From Nitrosopumilaceae archaeon (lineage in GTDB: Archaea > Thermoproteota > Nitrososphaeria > Nitrososphaerales > Nitrosopumilaceae), in the NCBI GenBank assembly GCA_965208905.1, contig OZ242365.1, positions 1,357,902-1,389,901 on the forward strand: a DNA stretch of 32,000 bases. Reading direction: 5' to 3'. Of this stretch, positions 15,483-23,874 are shown piece by piece. The first letter of the stretch is position 1. Each line of letters begins with the position of its first letter. The notes under the pieces were generated by a model. It did not search any database and was not told where the DNA came from. It saw only the letters and a list, made by a program, of their open reading frames with translations. A program made the translations under genes and the position numbers.

Positions 15483-16606
15483 TTCAACATCTCTTTCATG
15501 GAGCGTATTTGGTTAGCCACCCATTCCCAACTATCCTGCTTGTTAAGATCTAATACCGTCTCATCACTGGAATTAGTACTAACATCATACCAACTCCATT
15601 CGCCACTATGCTTTACAAGATCTACCTCTAGGCTAATTTCCCGTTTACCTATACTCCATTCTAAATCAAGATCACCCTTGGGAGTGGGGTATATGTGAGG
15701 AAGCACAACATTGTTGGGATAATATTGCTTGAAGATGTCAGATAGCCAATCCAAGCCATCATGACTAGGAGCAACACCTTCACCATTTAACCAACCAGTT
15801 TTCATGGTACGCAGCTCATCTAACTGTACCAATACATCCAGTTTATCCAGTAAATGGATGTGAGTTATTGATTCAATAGAGATACGTCCATCTCGACTGT
15901 GCTGAACAGTACCCTGTATCTGTACTCTTGCATTGTCCTTATATCTGTCGAATGCTTTCATAATGATGTCATAGTAAGGGTCCGGCAGATGGCCTGTAAC
16001 TAACGGACCATAGACCTGTTGTAGACTAAATGTCATGTTTTTTTGATCTATCTTATGCACGGAGCCACGTAGAACTACCTCACTCGCACGCCTAATTGTG
16101 GATGTAAGAGATAGTACCTTATCGCGTATTTTTTTGGTTAGCCTAGCCGGAGTTTGATGCGTGGAGGCAGTCAACTCTAATGTCTCATCATCACGAAGAT
16201 TATGTCCTATATGCTTAAGGTGTTCTAACATGTCATACGATGGAACCTCGTCTGGTGGTAGTTGTTCATCCTGTGCCAGATGCTTAATAGTCTCTACTAT
16301 ATACTCTTTCGCACTCTCAAAATATTTTTGGTGTAGTATCTGCCCATCCAATGTCTGTTGTGTTGTGGTGAGTTTGAATACTGGTACGGTGCTTCCACTT
16401 TCAATACTAACTAATTCCAAATCAACTTTACTAAAGTCAGGTGAAGAACGTCTACGATTTGGATTATCTTTTAAATACTGCCATCGCGCTACTTCTATCA
16501 CCATCTCTTGCAGGGCATGCAAGTTGGGAAGAACGTCTTTCGGTATCCCCCCGTTCTTAAATCGCGCTCCATCCAACCGAGGTCGTAAAAAATCTACGCT
16601 TGGCAT
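15479..16606 (-). CDS. hypothetical 375-aa protein, upstream member of the two-gene operon
   Basis: Long ORF with ATG start and no nuclease or NTPase motif seen by eye. The C-terminal roughly 100 aa (GWLNGEGVAP...LPHIYPTPKGDLDLEWSIGKREISLEVDL) look like an independent beta-rich domain. Confidence 0.6.
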   Translation of the reverse strand: MPSVDFLRPRLDGARFKNGGIPKDVLPNLHALQEMVIEVARWQYLKDNPNRRRSSPDFSKVDLELVSIESGSTVPVFKLTTTQQTLDGQILHQKYFESAKEYIVETIKHLAQDEQLPPDEVPSYDMLEHLKHIGHNLRDDETLELTASTHQTPARLTKKIRDKVLSLTSTIRRASEVVLRGSVHKIDQKNMTFSLQQVYGPLVTGHLPDPYYDIIMKAFDRYKDNARVQIQGTVQHSRDGRISIESITHIHLLDKLDVLVQLDELRTMKTGWLNGEGVAPSHDGLDWLSDIFKQYYPNNVVLPHIYPTPKGDLDLEWSIGKREISLEVDLVKHSGEWSWYDVSTNSSDETVLDLNKQDSWEWVANQIRSMKEMLK

Positions 16607-16893
16607 AAGATCACCAAAACAGGACAGACTTGGTGCGTACTACACAAAAACTTAAACTCGGCTTTCATCTACCCCTCAACACTATATCTACTATAATAAT
16701 CCATACCCGCTTAATCCAATTCAGATTTACCCTTCAATCCTGATGCTGAAAATACAAGAAGAGAACAAAAGATGTGACAGGCCTTGCAGGAAGAGTTCTG
16801 CTACAAAGCAGGAGATTATGTATGTAATAGTTGAAGTTAATTTTTCAAATTTGTATTTTTTAAACATTGTATTTCTCAGATCACTATACTATC

Positions 16894-16943
16894 ATCTCAC
16901 CCACTTTCCAACATATTCTATCTCACGTTAACTTACCAGAAGC
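16894..16943. repeat. 50-nt inverted repeat, arm B (right border of the AT-rich island)
   Basis: Reverse complement of 10503-10552 (46 of 50). It ends 1-2 nt before the first hairpin of the IS110 leader. Confidence 0.9.
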
Positions 16944-16944
16944 T

Positions 16945-17127
16945 ATGTGTCGTTGTTATATCGGCGACACATGTACTCTTCCTGTTGGACCTGAGAGTCG
17001 ACAGGAACTGGCCCCTCCGAGGGCGCTTACCAGAATGGCTCAAGGTACGTGAAAAGCTTCAGCCCCTCCGAGGGCGGATGGAAGTTTACCATGGTCAGGT
17101 CCGACTATCCACTAAAAAGGAGGTGAA
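16945..17127 (+). ncRNA. candidate IS110 bridge-RNA-like structured leader
   Basis: 183 nt between IR arm B and the transposase ATG. Pairings seen: 8-bp hairpin 16945-16952/16965-16972; 7-bp hairpin 16979-16985/17001-17007; long-range 8-nt pairing 16987-16994/17095-17102. The 15-nt gcccctccgagggcg occurs twice (17011, 17062). No expression or covariance evidence. Confidence 0.25.
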
Positions 17128-18155
17128 ATGAAAAAAAGAATTGCATTACATCGGAATTGACGTACACATGAGAAGATGTGTGGCCACCACCAAGGGAAGA
17201 TCCAAAAAGGTGTTAGACCAGTTTGAGTTCAACAACGACCTGCACGGGATACGTGCGTTCGCCAGCAGAATGCTGCGCCGCGAGTACACGCCGGCGGTAG
17301 CCGTCTTTGAGTCCACCGGTAACTATTGGAAGGTACTCCACAACGAGCTAGAGGAGACAGACATCAAGCCGGTCCTGGTCAACCCGTACGACCTCAAGAT
17401 CATCACTCAGGCAAAGTTTAAGGACGACCGGGTTGACTCTGAGAGGTTGTCCGACCTAGCCAGGGGAGACCTGTATAGACCATCCTACGTTCCCACCCAG
17501 AAAGAGATGGACCTGCGCGAGCTTACCCGCACCCGCCTGGATTTGCGGTACGACGCCACCGAACACAAGAACCACGTGCACGCTATCCTGACCAAATATC
17601 CGCTCAAGAGGCCCCCGAATATCTACACGGCCAAGGGTATGGAATGGCTGCAGACCGCACCCGTCCGGAACTACGACCGAATGGCGCTTGACTCCCACCT
17701 GTATATCCTTAATGCTACCGAGAGACGCATATCCCTGCTGGAAAAGGAGATCTGCAGGATAGCCATCTTTGACCCGCGGGCCCGTCTTATGATGACCATG
17801 CCCGGGGTGGGACCGGTCACCGCGGTGACCGTCCTGGCGGAGATAGGGGACACAGGCCGGTTCGCCAGGCCTGAGCAGCTGACCGCCTACGCGGGTCTGG
17901 TGCCGTCCCACAGGAACAGCGCAGACACAGTCCGGACCGGCGGCATCACCAAAGTCCGGATCCCGCTGGCTCAGGAACGCGGCCGTAGAGGCGGCGTTCG
18001 TGGCTGTCCGGCACGACCCATACCGCAAGGGTAGATACGAGCGACTGGCCGCCAGGAGAGGCCCGCAGAAGGCTCGGGTCGCCGCGGCTCGGGAGATGCT
18101 AGAGGACATGTGGTACATGCTGACCAGGAACGAACCATATAACCATCCCAACTAA
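17128..18155 (+). pseudogene. IS110-family (DEDD) transposase/recombinase, interrupted by two single-A frameshifts
   Basis: YIGIDVH N-terminal motif and the MPGVGPVTAVTVLAEIGDTGRF...LTAYAGLVPSHRNS IS116/IS110/IS902 domain. After 17955 the protein continues in the +1 frame (KSGSRWLRNAAVEAAFVAVRHDPY...NHPN*, stop at 18153-18155). ATG 17128 has a perfect aaggaggtga SD but is out of frame unless the A7 run is read as A6. Confidence 0.8.
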
Positions 18156-19103
18156 ACCATGACCAACCGCAAGATGACCAACGCCAGGCGCGTGGCCAAC
18201 CGGGATATTGCCTAGGGTATACCGGTTCGGGGGCGTTTCGCCGCCCCCTGCCCAGCGAGGGGCGGCTCAACGCCCTTTGTACCTCCCCGCCGTCTGGTTG
18301 CTCAAAAATAATGCAGTAGAAAGCCAACCATCTGCAACTTCACGGGGTTAACACCTGCCCTTTTCCCCGGGGACGCGTGGGGGATTCTGCGCACCATAAT
18401 TTCCTATACGCCCGCAATCCACTTGGAACATACACTCAAACCACTTTGGATGGGGTTTACATACTGTATAATGCCGTATTGGTGCCCCCATCTTGCAAAA
18501 AGATACTCTAATACTTAAAAATCAGACAGACCCATACCATTTGGACCGGATCAAATGTATTACCAACACATAACATCAATGGGTTTTAGCAACCCAAACA
18601 CATGGAAGTTCCCTGTGCATATAGCGTGTGATGCAAAAATTTGCTTCGGAAGGCTCAAGCCAAGGCTCACAGGGGTTCATAACCGACGATACAGCAAGAT
18701 ATGCTATATAATCCAAGCAGCCCCACAGACTTTATGGAGGGTTAGAACAAAAACCAGATGTAAAGTAGGCCCGCTGAAGTATATTCGCCGGCGCGTTGGA
18801 ATCGGCGCAGTCGCCCACATGATATGCATGAACACAATTCGTTATTTTGACTCTTCCTGCCTATACACGTAGCATGTCTGGCTGGCCGTTCAACGACTCA
18901 GTTATACACAAAGCGCTGTACATGCCATATATCGCCGATACGGCGTGCTTGCGAATCATACGGAATCCGATGTAGTACATGGCATTGTATCACTCTTAAA
19001 AATGTGGAGTTTTGGTTTTCGATATGTCCGGTTAAGTATGTTATTTCCGCAATCTTGCACGCGCAGATTATATACGGTATGCGTGTTGGAGTATGTACAT
19101 AAC

Positions 19104-19481
19104 ATGGTGACCTCCACAACTCAACAGGGGGAAAGACATCTGGAGTATACTAAAAACCAAACCATCATGGTGTCCGGTTGTACAGGATTTATTGGATCCC
19201 ATCTTACAACAAGACTCTCTTCAATGGGATACTCTGTGCGCGGCTTGACAAGAAAGGACATGAATGATCATGACAATATCACATATGTGAAAGCAGATGT
19301 CTTTGATCTTCCAAGTCTGACTAGTGTCATGAAAGGGGTGGATGTGGCATATTACCTACTTCATTCCATGGAGGGTGGCAAAGGTGACTGGCAAGACTTT
19401 GCCAAGAGGGAGAAGGAACAAGCTATGAACTTTCTTCAGGCCGCAAATACATCAAATGTCAAGAGAATCATATATCTTGGA
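19104..19481 (+). pseudogene. NAD(P)-binding atypical SDR (NmrA/YbjT-like) gene, 5' part, interrupted by the IS3 element
   Basis: Rossmann motif TIMVSGCTGFIGSHL. The frame reads ...KRIIYLG and then runs into the IS end. Confidence 0.7.
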
Positions 19482-19538
19482 TGGAGTGGACCCCATAGAA
19501 TGTTACTGTTTTCGGCATGATTTTACATACATCTTCCA

Positions 19539-20573
19539 TCATTTATTTGTCATCTCCAACTGTTCGGCAAATTCTACTGGTGTCATGTATCCGATAGAGG
19601 AATGAATCCTCTCGGTGTTGTAATCTACAAAGGCCTTTGCAATGATCGTCTCTGCCTCCTGATAGTTCGCAAACTCGTGCGGCCAGATGTATTCCTTTTT
19701 CAGCGTCTTGTGAAATGATTCGACATGTCCGTTCTGCTCCGGCGTATTCTTGTAGATGAATTCATGTTTGCCGATGCCAAGGGCCTGAACCGCATGTCTA
19801 AAGTCGCGGCTCGTATACTGGTTGCCGTTGTCCGTACGCAATCGTAATTGTGAGCAGTCAGGTTTCTCTGCGGCAACCGCGTTGGTGATTGAGGTGATTG
19901 CAATGTCTCGTGTGGCATTGACATCAAACGCGTAGGCGATCCACTTGCGCGTAAAGCAGTCAATTACGTTGAAGCAGTAGCACCAGCCGTCTATACCGCA
20001 CCAGATGTATGTGATGTCCGTCTCCCACAACTGGTGTGGGGCTTTGGGTTTGAAGAGCTTTTGACCCGCTCGAATGATGTCGTTTTTGGTATTTTGTGGC
20101 TGGATGTAGCCCATTTTGCGATATATCCGCTGTATCTGCTTGCGGTTCACCACAATTCCCGTATCGCGCGTTATCTGGGCCGCCATGCGCCGTGTGCCGT
20201 ACGTGGGCCTCTTTCTGCTCGTATCTAGCACAGTGCTCAATATATCCGGATTCAATCCCATGTCTCTGGGCTTGGGTTTGTAGTACCATTGGCGCCTGGA
20301 TACGCCCGCATACCCTAGCGACTTGCGCAGGCTCAAATGTTGTTCCTGCATGATTTTTACCGCGTTCAATCGTTGCTTGCCTCCAAGGTTTTTTTTAAAG
20401 CGTCGTTTGCGATTGTCAGATCCCCTATGATTCGCTTTAGGTCGCCGTTCTCCTTTTTGATGGCCTTTATCGGATCCTTCTTTCCGTGATGGGTCAGTCC
20501 GGACTTGCCTGCGTCCATGAACTTTTGCCGCCAGGCTTGAAACGTTTGGGGATGAACGTTGTGCTTGCGGCAC
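19539..20573 (-). CDS. IS3-family transposase OrfB (DDE/rve domain), expressed as OrfAB by -1 frameshift
   Basis: Candidate DDE triad residues sit in WETDITYIW, RTDNGNQYTS and HVESFHKTLKKE. The -1 frame after TTA AAA AAA A (plus-strand T8 at 20389-20396) reads NLGGKQRLNAVKIM, which matches this ORF. Confidence 0.85.
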   Translation of the reverse strand: MPQAQRSSPNVSSLAAKVHGRRQVRTDPSRKEGSDKGHQKGERRPKANHRGSDNRKRRFKKNLGGKQRLNAVKIMQEQHLSLRKSLGYAGVSRRQWYYKPKPRDMGLNPDILSTVLDTSRKRPTYGTRRMAAQITRDTGIVVNRKQIQRIYRKMGYIQPQNTKNDIIRAGQKLFKPKAPHQLWETDITYIWCGIDGWCYCFNVIDCFTRKWIAYAFDVNATRDIAITSITNAVAAEKPDCSQLRLRTDNGNQYTSRDFRHAVQALGIGKHEFIYKNTPEQNGHVESFHKTLKKEYIWPHEFANYQEAETIIAKAFVDYNTERIHSSIGYMTPVEFAEQLEMTNK

Positions 20574-20656
20574 AGCTCGGCCGTGCCAATATTGGTCTTG
20601 ATTGATTCCAAAACGATCTGGATCTTTTGGTCTGGAGTAAACTTTGTTCTTACCAT
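20366..20656 (-). CDS. IS3-family transposase OrfA (HTH plus leucine zipper)
   Basis: 96 aa. FTPDQKIQIVLES...GTAELCRKHNVHPQTFQAWRQKF is the IS3 OrfA HTH. The slippery A8 lies 9 codons before its stop. Confidence 0.85.
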   Translation of the reverse strand: MVRTKFTPDQKIQIVLESIKTNIGTAELCRKHNVHPQTFQAWRQKFMDAGKSGLTHHGKKDPIKAIKKENGDLKRIIGDLTIANDALKKTLEASND

Positions 20657-20728
20657 GGCATCATCCCTCCCATTACGACTTTAAGCTGTATGAACGTGAG
20701 TGTTCTCATTCTAGCGGGGTCCCCACCA

Positions 20729-21728
20729 TGGAGGGCTGGTCAGTAGTGATGGCTCTGAACTCTCACCTCACATGGAGAGTAGAATAAAGGTAGGTCAAAT
20801 TCTTGCATCGGGAAGTATTCCTGTTACAGAACTGCGTGCGTCCATAATAATCGGTGCTCGCGGAGGATCCTTTATGATGTTGAGGTACTTGGTTGAGAGG
20901 CTTAGGTTTATGGTCTGTCCATCGTGGGTGGGCTCATATACCCAACCAATTGCGGTTGATGATGTGGTGGCGTACCTTGTGGGATGCCTTGAGAAGAAGG
21001 AGTCAACTGGTCGAATTTTTGAGATTGGTGGTCCGGACAAGATGACATATGAGCAGCTTATGCGCACGTATTCTACATATTTAGATCGTACATTATTTAT
21101 ACTAAATGTACCATTTCTGACTACTCGCCTGTCATCCTTGTGGGTTGATCTGATAACTCCCGTCAAGGCGGCGCTTGCAAGGCCTTTGATAGACAGTCTA
21201 GTACACGACTCGGTTGTCACAGATTCATCGATTGACAAGATAATGCCGATGAAACTAAAGACGGTCACCGAGTCCATTGACATTGCCATTAAAGAAGCAG
21301 ACTCCAACTCTGATAGTGCTGTTATTAGACGCAATGCGAAGACCGGGTTTGGACTAAACCAAAAGATTGTACTATTTTCGCTGATTGCCTTGGGGATATG
21401 CGGTACGTCATATTACTGGTTGGATGATCGGCCTGTTGTGTATGAACCACTTTGGCTGTCTGTCTCTTCTGTATGGTATGTCATTATTGCCTTTGCAGTA
21501 ATTATGGTTCGCAACGAGACGAGATTAGGTTATATGGTTGCAGGGGTCCTGGCCTGGGTGACACTGTCGTTTTGGCTGTTTGACAACTTTTATGTTGTGT
21601 TTGACGCATCGATCATCTCTACTGAACCAAACTTTATGATGACTATCCGTAATTTTGTGGGAGTTGTTGTTGCCGCCACGGCAATTATTGCTTCCCATAA
21701 CCTATTCCACAAGAGCGTTTATACGTGA
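20729..21728 (+). pseudogene. atypical SDR gene, 3' part (catalytic C-terminal half plus a multi-TM tail)
   Basis: In frame from 20730 it reads GGLVSSDGSELSPHMESRIKVGQIL...TELRASIIIGARGGSFMMLRYLVERL. Removing the IS and one TGGA restores ...IIYLGGLV.... The last roughly 120 aa form hydrophobic helices. Confidence 0.7.
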
Positions 21729-21755
21729 TCAGGAGCTGTCAAATCTTAGAGGGAT

Positions 21756-21982
21756 ATGACAGCCTGCCGTACGGCAGATGTTGGCGAGTTGCCATCCAGA
21801 GGAGATTCCATGAGATGTTCCTTGTTGGTCAGGCTTTGATGCCCGTCCTTTGGACAGCCTGTACCGGCCATCACGTCACCAACGACACTGGGTATAGTGA
21901 GTGTCGCAAGATGTATCTTCCCTCTCAAGACCATTCCGGCCTTGGCTTGCAGTGAATAAACGGCCTGCGCGCGTTTACTCCA
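21756..21982 (-). ncRNA. candidate omega/reRNA region downstream of tnpB
   Basis: Non-coding flank between the tnpB stop and the left TIR. It holds a 7-bp hairpin (21883-21889/21900-21906) and a perfect 14-nt palindrome ctgccgtacggcag (21764-21777). Only position and structure support the call. Confidence 0.25.
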
Positions 21983-23044
21983 CTACACTGTATAAAAAGT
22001 GAATAATATGTTGAACGCGGCATTGACATCCGCGTGCTGTACAACGCCGCACTCACGGCACCTGAACCGGCTGCCGTCGCGCCACGTGTTTGTGCTGCCG
22101 TATACACAGCACTGCTGTGATGTGTATTTCGGGTCAATCTCGGCATACTCGGTGTTGTGTTGCAAAGCCTGTTGTGCCAACAAAGCCCGCGCCTCACCGC
22201 ACTTGAACTGCCGCATTAGACGGTTCTTGTTCTTCTGGCCTGGGCCCTTGGTCGTCATTGTACGGAGGTTCATGCCCTCCATGATTATTTTGTCGCATTG
22301 CGCAAATAGTTTTTTGGCAAACTTGCGCAGCTTGTCTGTTTGCCGGTTTCCCATCTTGCGGTATATGCTTTGCAGCTGCGCGTGCAGTGTCCACCACTTG
22401 TGGGAGTGAAGTTTGCAATGAGACATCTTCTTTTGAATACGCGCGATGTTCCGTATAGTGTCCTTCTCGCGCAGTGTAGTCATCTCTATTCTGCCGTCCG
22501 ATTTTGCCACCACAAGCGTTTGTTTGCCGCCCATGTCAATTCCCGCATGTACGCCGGTACATACACGGTCCGGAACGTGTTCACGTATAGTAACATGCAG
22601 CTCAAACTGTCTTTCCCTGTCCGCATTATTCGTCACATCCACAATTTTGTACGACTGCAATGTGTCGGGCAGGCGTCCTTTCTGGAGTTTGAAAGGTTTG
22701 TCGCACTTTGGGCAATACACTGTATTACCCTTGGACTTTTTGCCAAGCGGCATATTACTATACAGTGGGTAAACCTTCTTGCCATACTTTACGTGAGTGC
22801 ACCCCCCCATCTTGTGGCCTTCCTTGATGGCTCCGTGAACCCAAGACTGTGGTATGCCCTGGCATATGGTGGCTATTTTGTTGGTGTCAAACACCGACAG
22901 CCCGGCCCGGCGCGCCTTTATCCCCGCATTGAGCCACACATGACTCTCCGAGTACATGGAGTCAAAATATCTGGTCAGCCTGGCAGATGTCTTTAAACGG
23001 TATTGGACAGTCTTTATGACGTACTTTCCACCATTATACTTCAT
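21983..23044 (-). CDS. tnpB: TnpB-like RNA-guided endonuclease (IS200/IS605-IS1341 group OrfB), compact at 353 aa
   Basis: RuvC motifs GIDMGG (D), IIMEGMN (E) and HADVNAAFNI (D). A zinc finger CCVYGS...FRCRECG lies between them. The N-terminus VQYRLKTSARLTRYFDSM is typical of OrfB. Confidence 0.85.
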   Translation of the reverse strand: MKYNGGKYVIKTVQYRLKTSARLTRYFDSMYSESHVWLNAGIKARRAGLSVFDTNKIATICQGIPQSWVHGAIKEGHKMGGCTHVKYGKKVYPLYSNMPLGKKSKGNTVYCPKCDKPFKLQKGRLPDTLQSYKIVDVTNNADRERQFELHVTIREHVPDRVCTGVHAGIDMGGKQTLVVAKSDGRIEMTTLREKDTIRNIARIQKKMSHCKLHSHKWWTLHAQLQSIYRKMGNRQTDKLRKFAKKLFAQCDKIIMEGMNLRTMTTKGPGQKNKNRLMRQFKCGEARALLAQQALQHNTEYAEIDPKYTSQQCCVYGSTNTWRDGSRFRCRECGVVQHADVNAAFNILFTFYTV

Positions 23045-23314
23045 GTGTGGTTTATAACTTGGTGCTATTTAAGCGGTATCCCCCTAAGATTTGACAGTAC
23101 CCGTGATCAATATAATTTAGTAGGGCATTATATGTTTGGGTAGGTATACGTGGTATGCGCATATGTTACCCGTATGTGACTCTACCATAACAAATCTCCC
23201 AAATACTTTACGTTGTAATTGTAGAGGTGATGCTGTTTGACATTAGCTCTATTGTATACCTACTGCGTCTGTATGCATTCAAGGATGTTACCAACTACAA
23301 TATCAATAGTACGA

Positions 23315-23626
23315 TTATGCTTTCTGAACTAGGTATATGGTCTGCTTACCTCTACTGAATATCGATATGTGTACTTTGTCGGCGCCCTGATCCAACCACG
23401 GAGTGTATGCTTTTTTGTCTTGTGTAAGCAGATCACAATCGTTATCTAGACAGTATGATGCTATTACGTGGTCCGAACTGTCGGATGGCAGATTAGGTGA
23501 TTCTCCGACATATTTGACATCCGTGTATGCTTGTCTGATCTGCTCCTCGTTGTCCGTTCCCCACCCTTTTGTCTGAGCGTCTACAAGTACACTGGTGCCC
23601 ATAATGCTTGGTTTGATTCCAAACAT
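23315..23626 (-). CDS. hypothetical protein with a weak PIN-like acidic-residue pattern
   Basis: 103-aa ORF. SVLVDAQ near the N-terminus and DCDLLTQDKK near the C-terminus resemble the first and last acidic PIN motifs. It is short for a PIN domain and no antitoxin ORF lies upstream. Confidence 0.3.
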   Translation of the reverse strand: MFGIKPSIMGTSVLVDAQTKGWGTDNEEQIRQAYTDVKYVGESPNLPSDSSDHVIASYCLDNDCDLLTQDKKAYTPWLDQGADKVHISIFSRGKQTIYLVQKA

Positions 23627-23830
23627 AATAATCTATGGGAATCATACATGATAGTTCACAGAACGCACTGTATACTCCGAGCTATATGGTGGGTATGTGT
23701 GGTCGCCGCACTTTATACGAAATTATTTGCTTTTAATTCTGGTTTTGGTGTGAGATTGTACGCATTGTGGCGTGCTTACTCAGCGATACTATTCCCGATC
23801 TGATGCAGGTGACACATATATAATTGACTT

Positions 23831-23851
23831 AAAAAGGTTTTTAATTTATAA
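23831..23851 (+). promoter_or_regulatory. BRE/TATA-like promoter of tfb
   Basis: aaaaaggtttttaatttataa is centred about 30 nt upstream of ATG 23875, consistent with a short or absent leader. Confidence 0.4.
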
Positions 23852-23874
23852 GTGAGTACTATACTTGACATATT

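Larger units (their letters stand above)
19482..20728 (-). mobile_element. IS3-family insertion sequence (1247 bp), apparently intact
   Basis: Ends are TG...CA with imperfect 21-22 nt IRs (tggagtggaccccatagaatg versus tggtggggaccccgctagaatg). A 4-bp direct duplication TGGA lies at 19478-19481 and 20729-20732. It carries orfA/orfB with an A8 slippery run. Confidence 0.85.
21726..23109 (-). mobile_element. TnpB-only element bounded by about 30-nt imperfect terminal inverted repeats
   Basis: Left arm is tgatcaggagctgtcaaatcttagagggat (21726-21755). The reverse complement of the right arm (23078-23109) is tgatcacgggtactgtcaaatcttagggggat. They share identical 6-nt tips and a 13-nt core. The element encloses a promoter-like ttaaata, tnpB and a 227-nt structured 3' flank. 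Confidence 0.6.

Noticed and set aside
17456-18327. Minus-strand ORFs of 231 and 118 aa opposite the IS110 transposase
   Set aside because: They are GC-rich antisense shadows (Arg/Gly/Pro-rich), while the plus strand carries the recognisable IS110 domains.
18555-19119. ORFs 18555-18872 (+) and 18898-19119 (-)
   Set aside because: No motif, an odd Cys/Arg/His-rich composition, and no start context. They are probably non-coding DNA between the IS110 end and the SDR gene.
21746-22197. Short ORFs (62, 76 and 90 aa) in and next to the tnpB 3' end
   Set aside because: They overlap the tnpB coding end or lie in its structured non-coding flank. This region is more plausibly RNA or element-end sequence than protein-coding.
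23627-23874. A VapB-like antitoxin upstream of the PIN-like ORF
   Set aside because: I translated the minus strand upstream of 23626 and found only about 10-codon ORFs. With no partner gene, the TA-module idea is unsupported and the PIN call stays weak.
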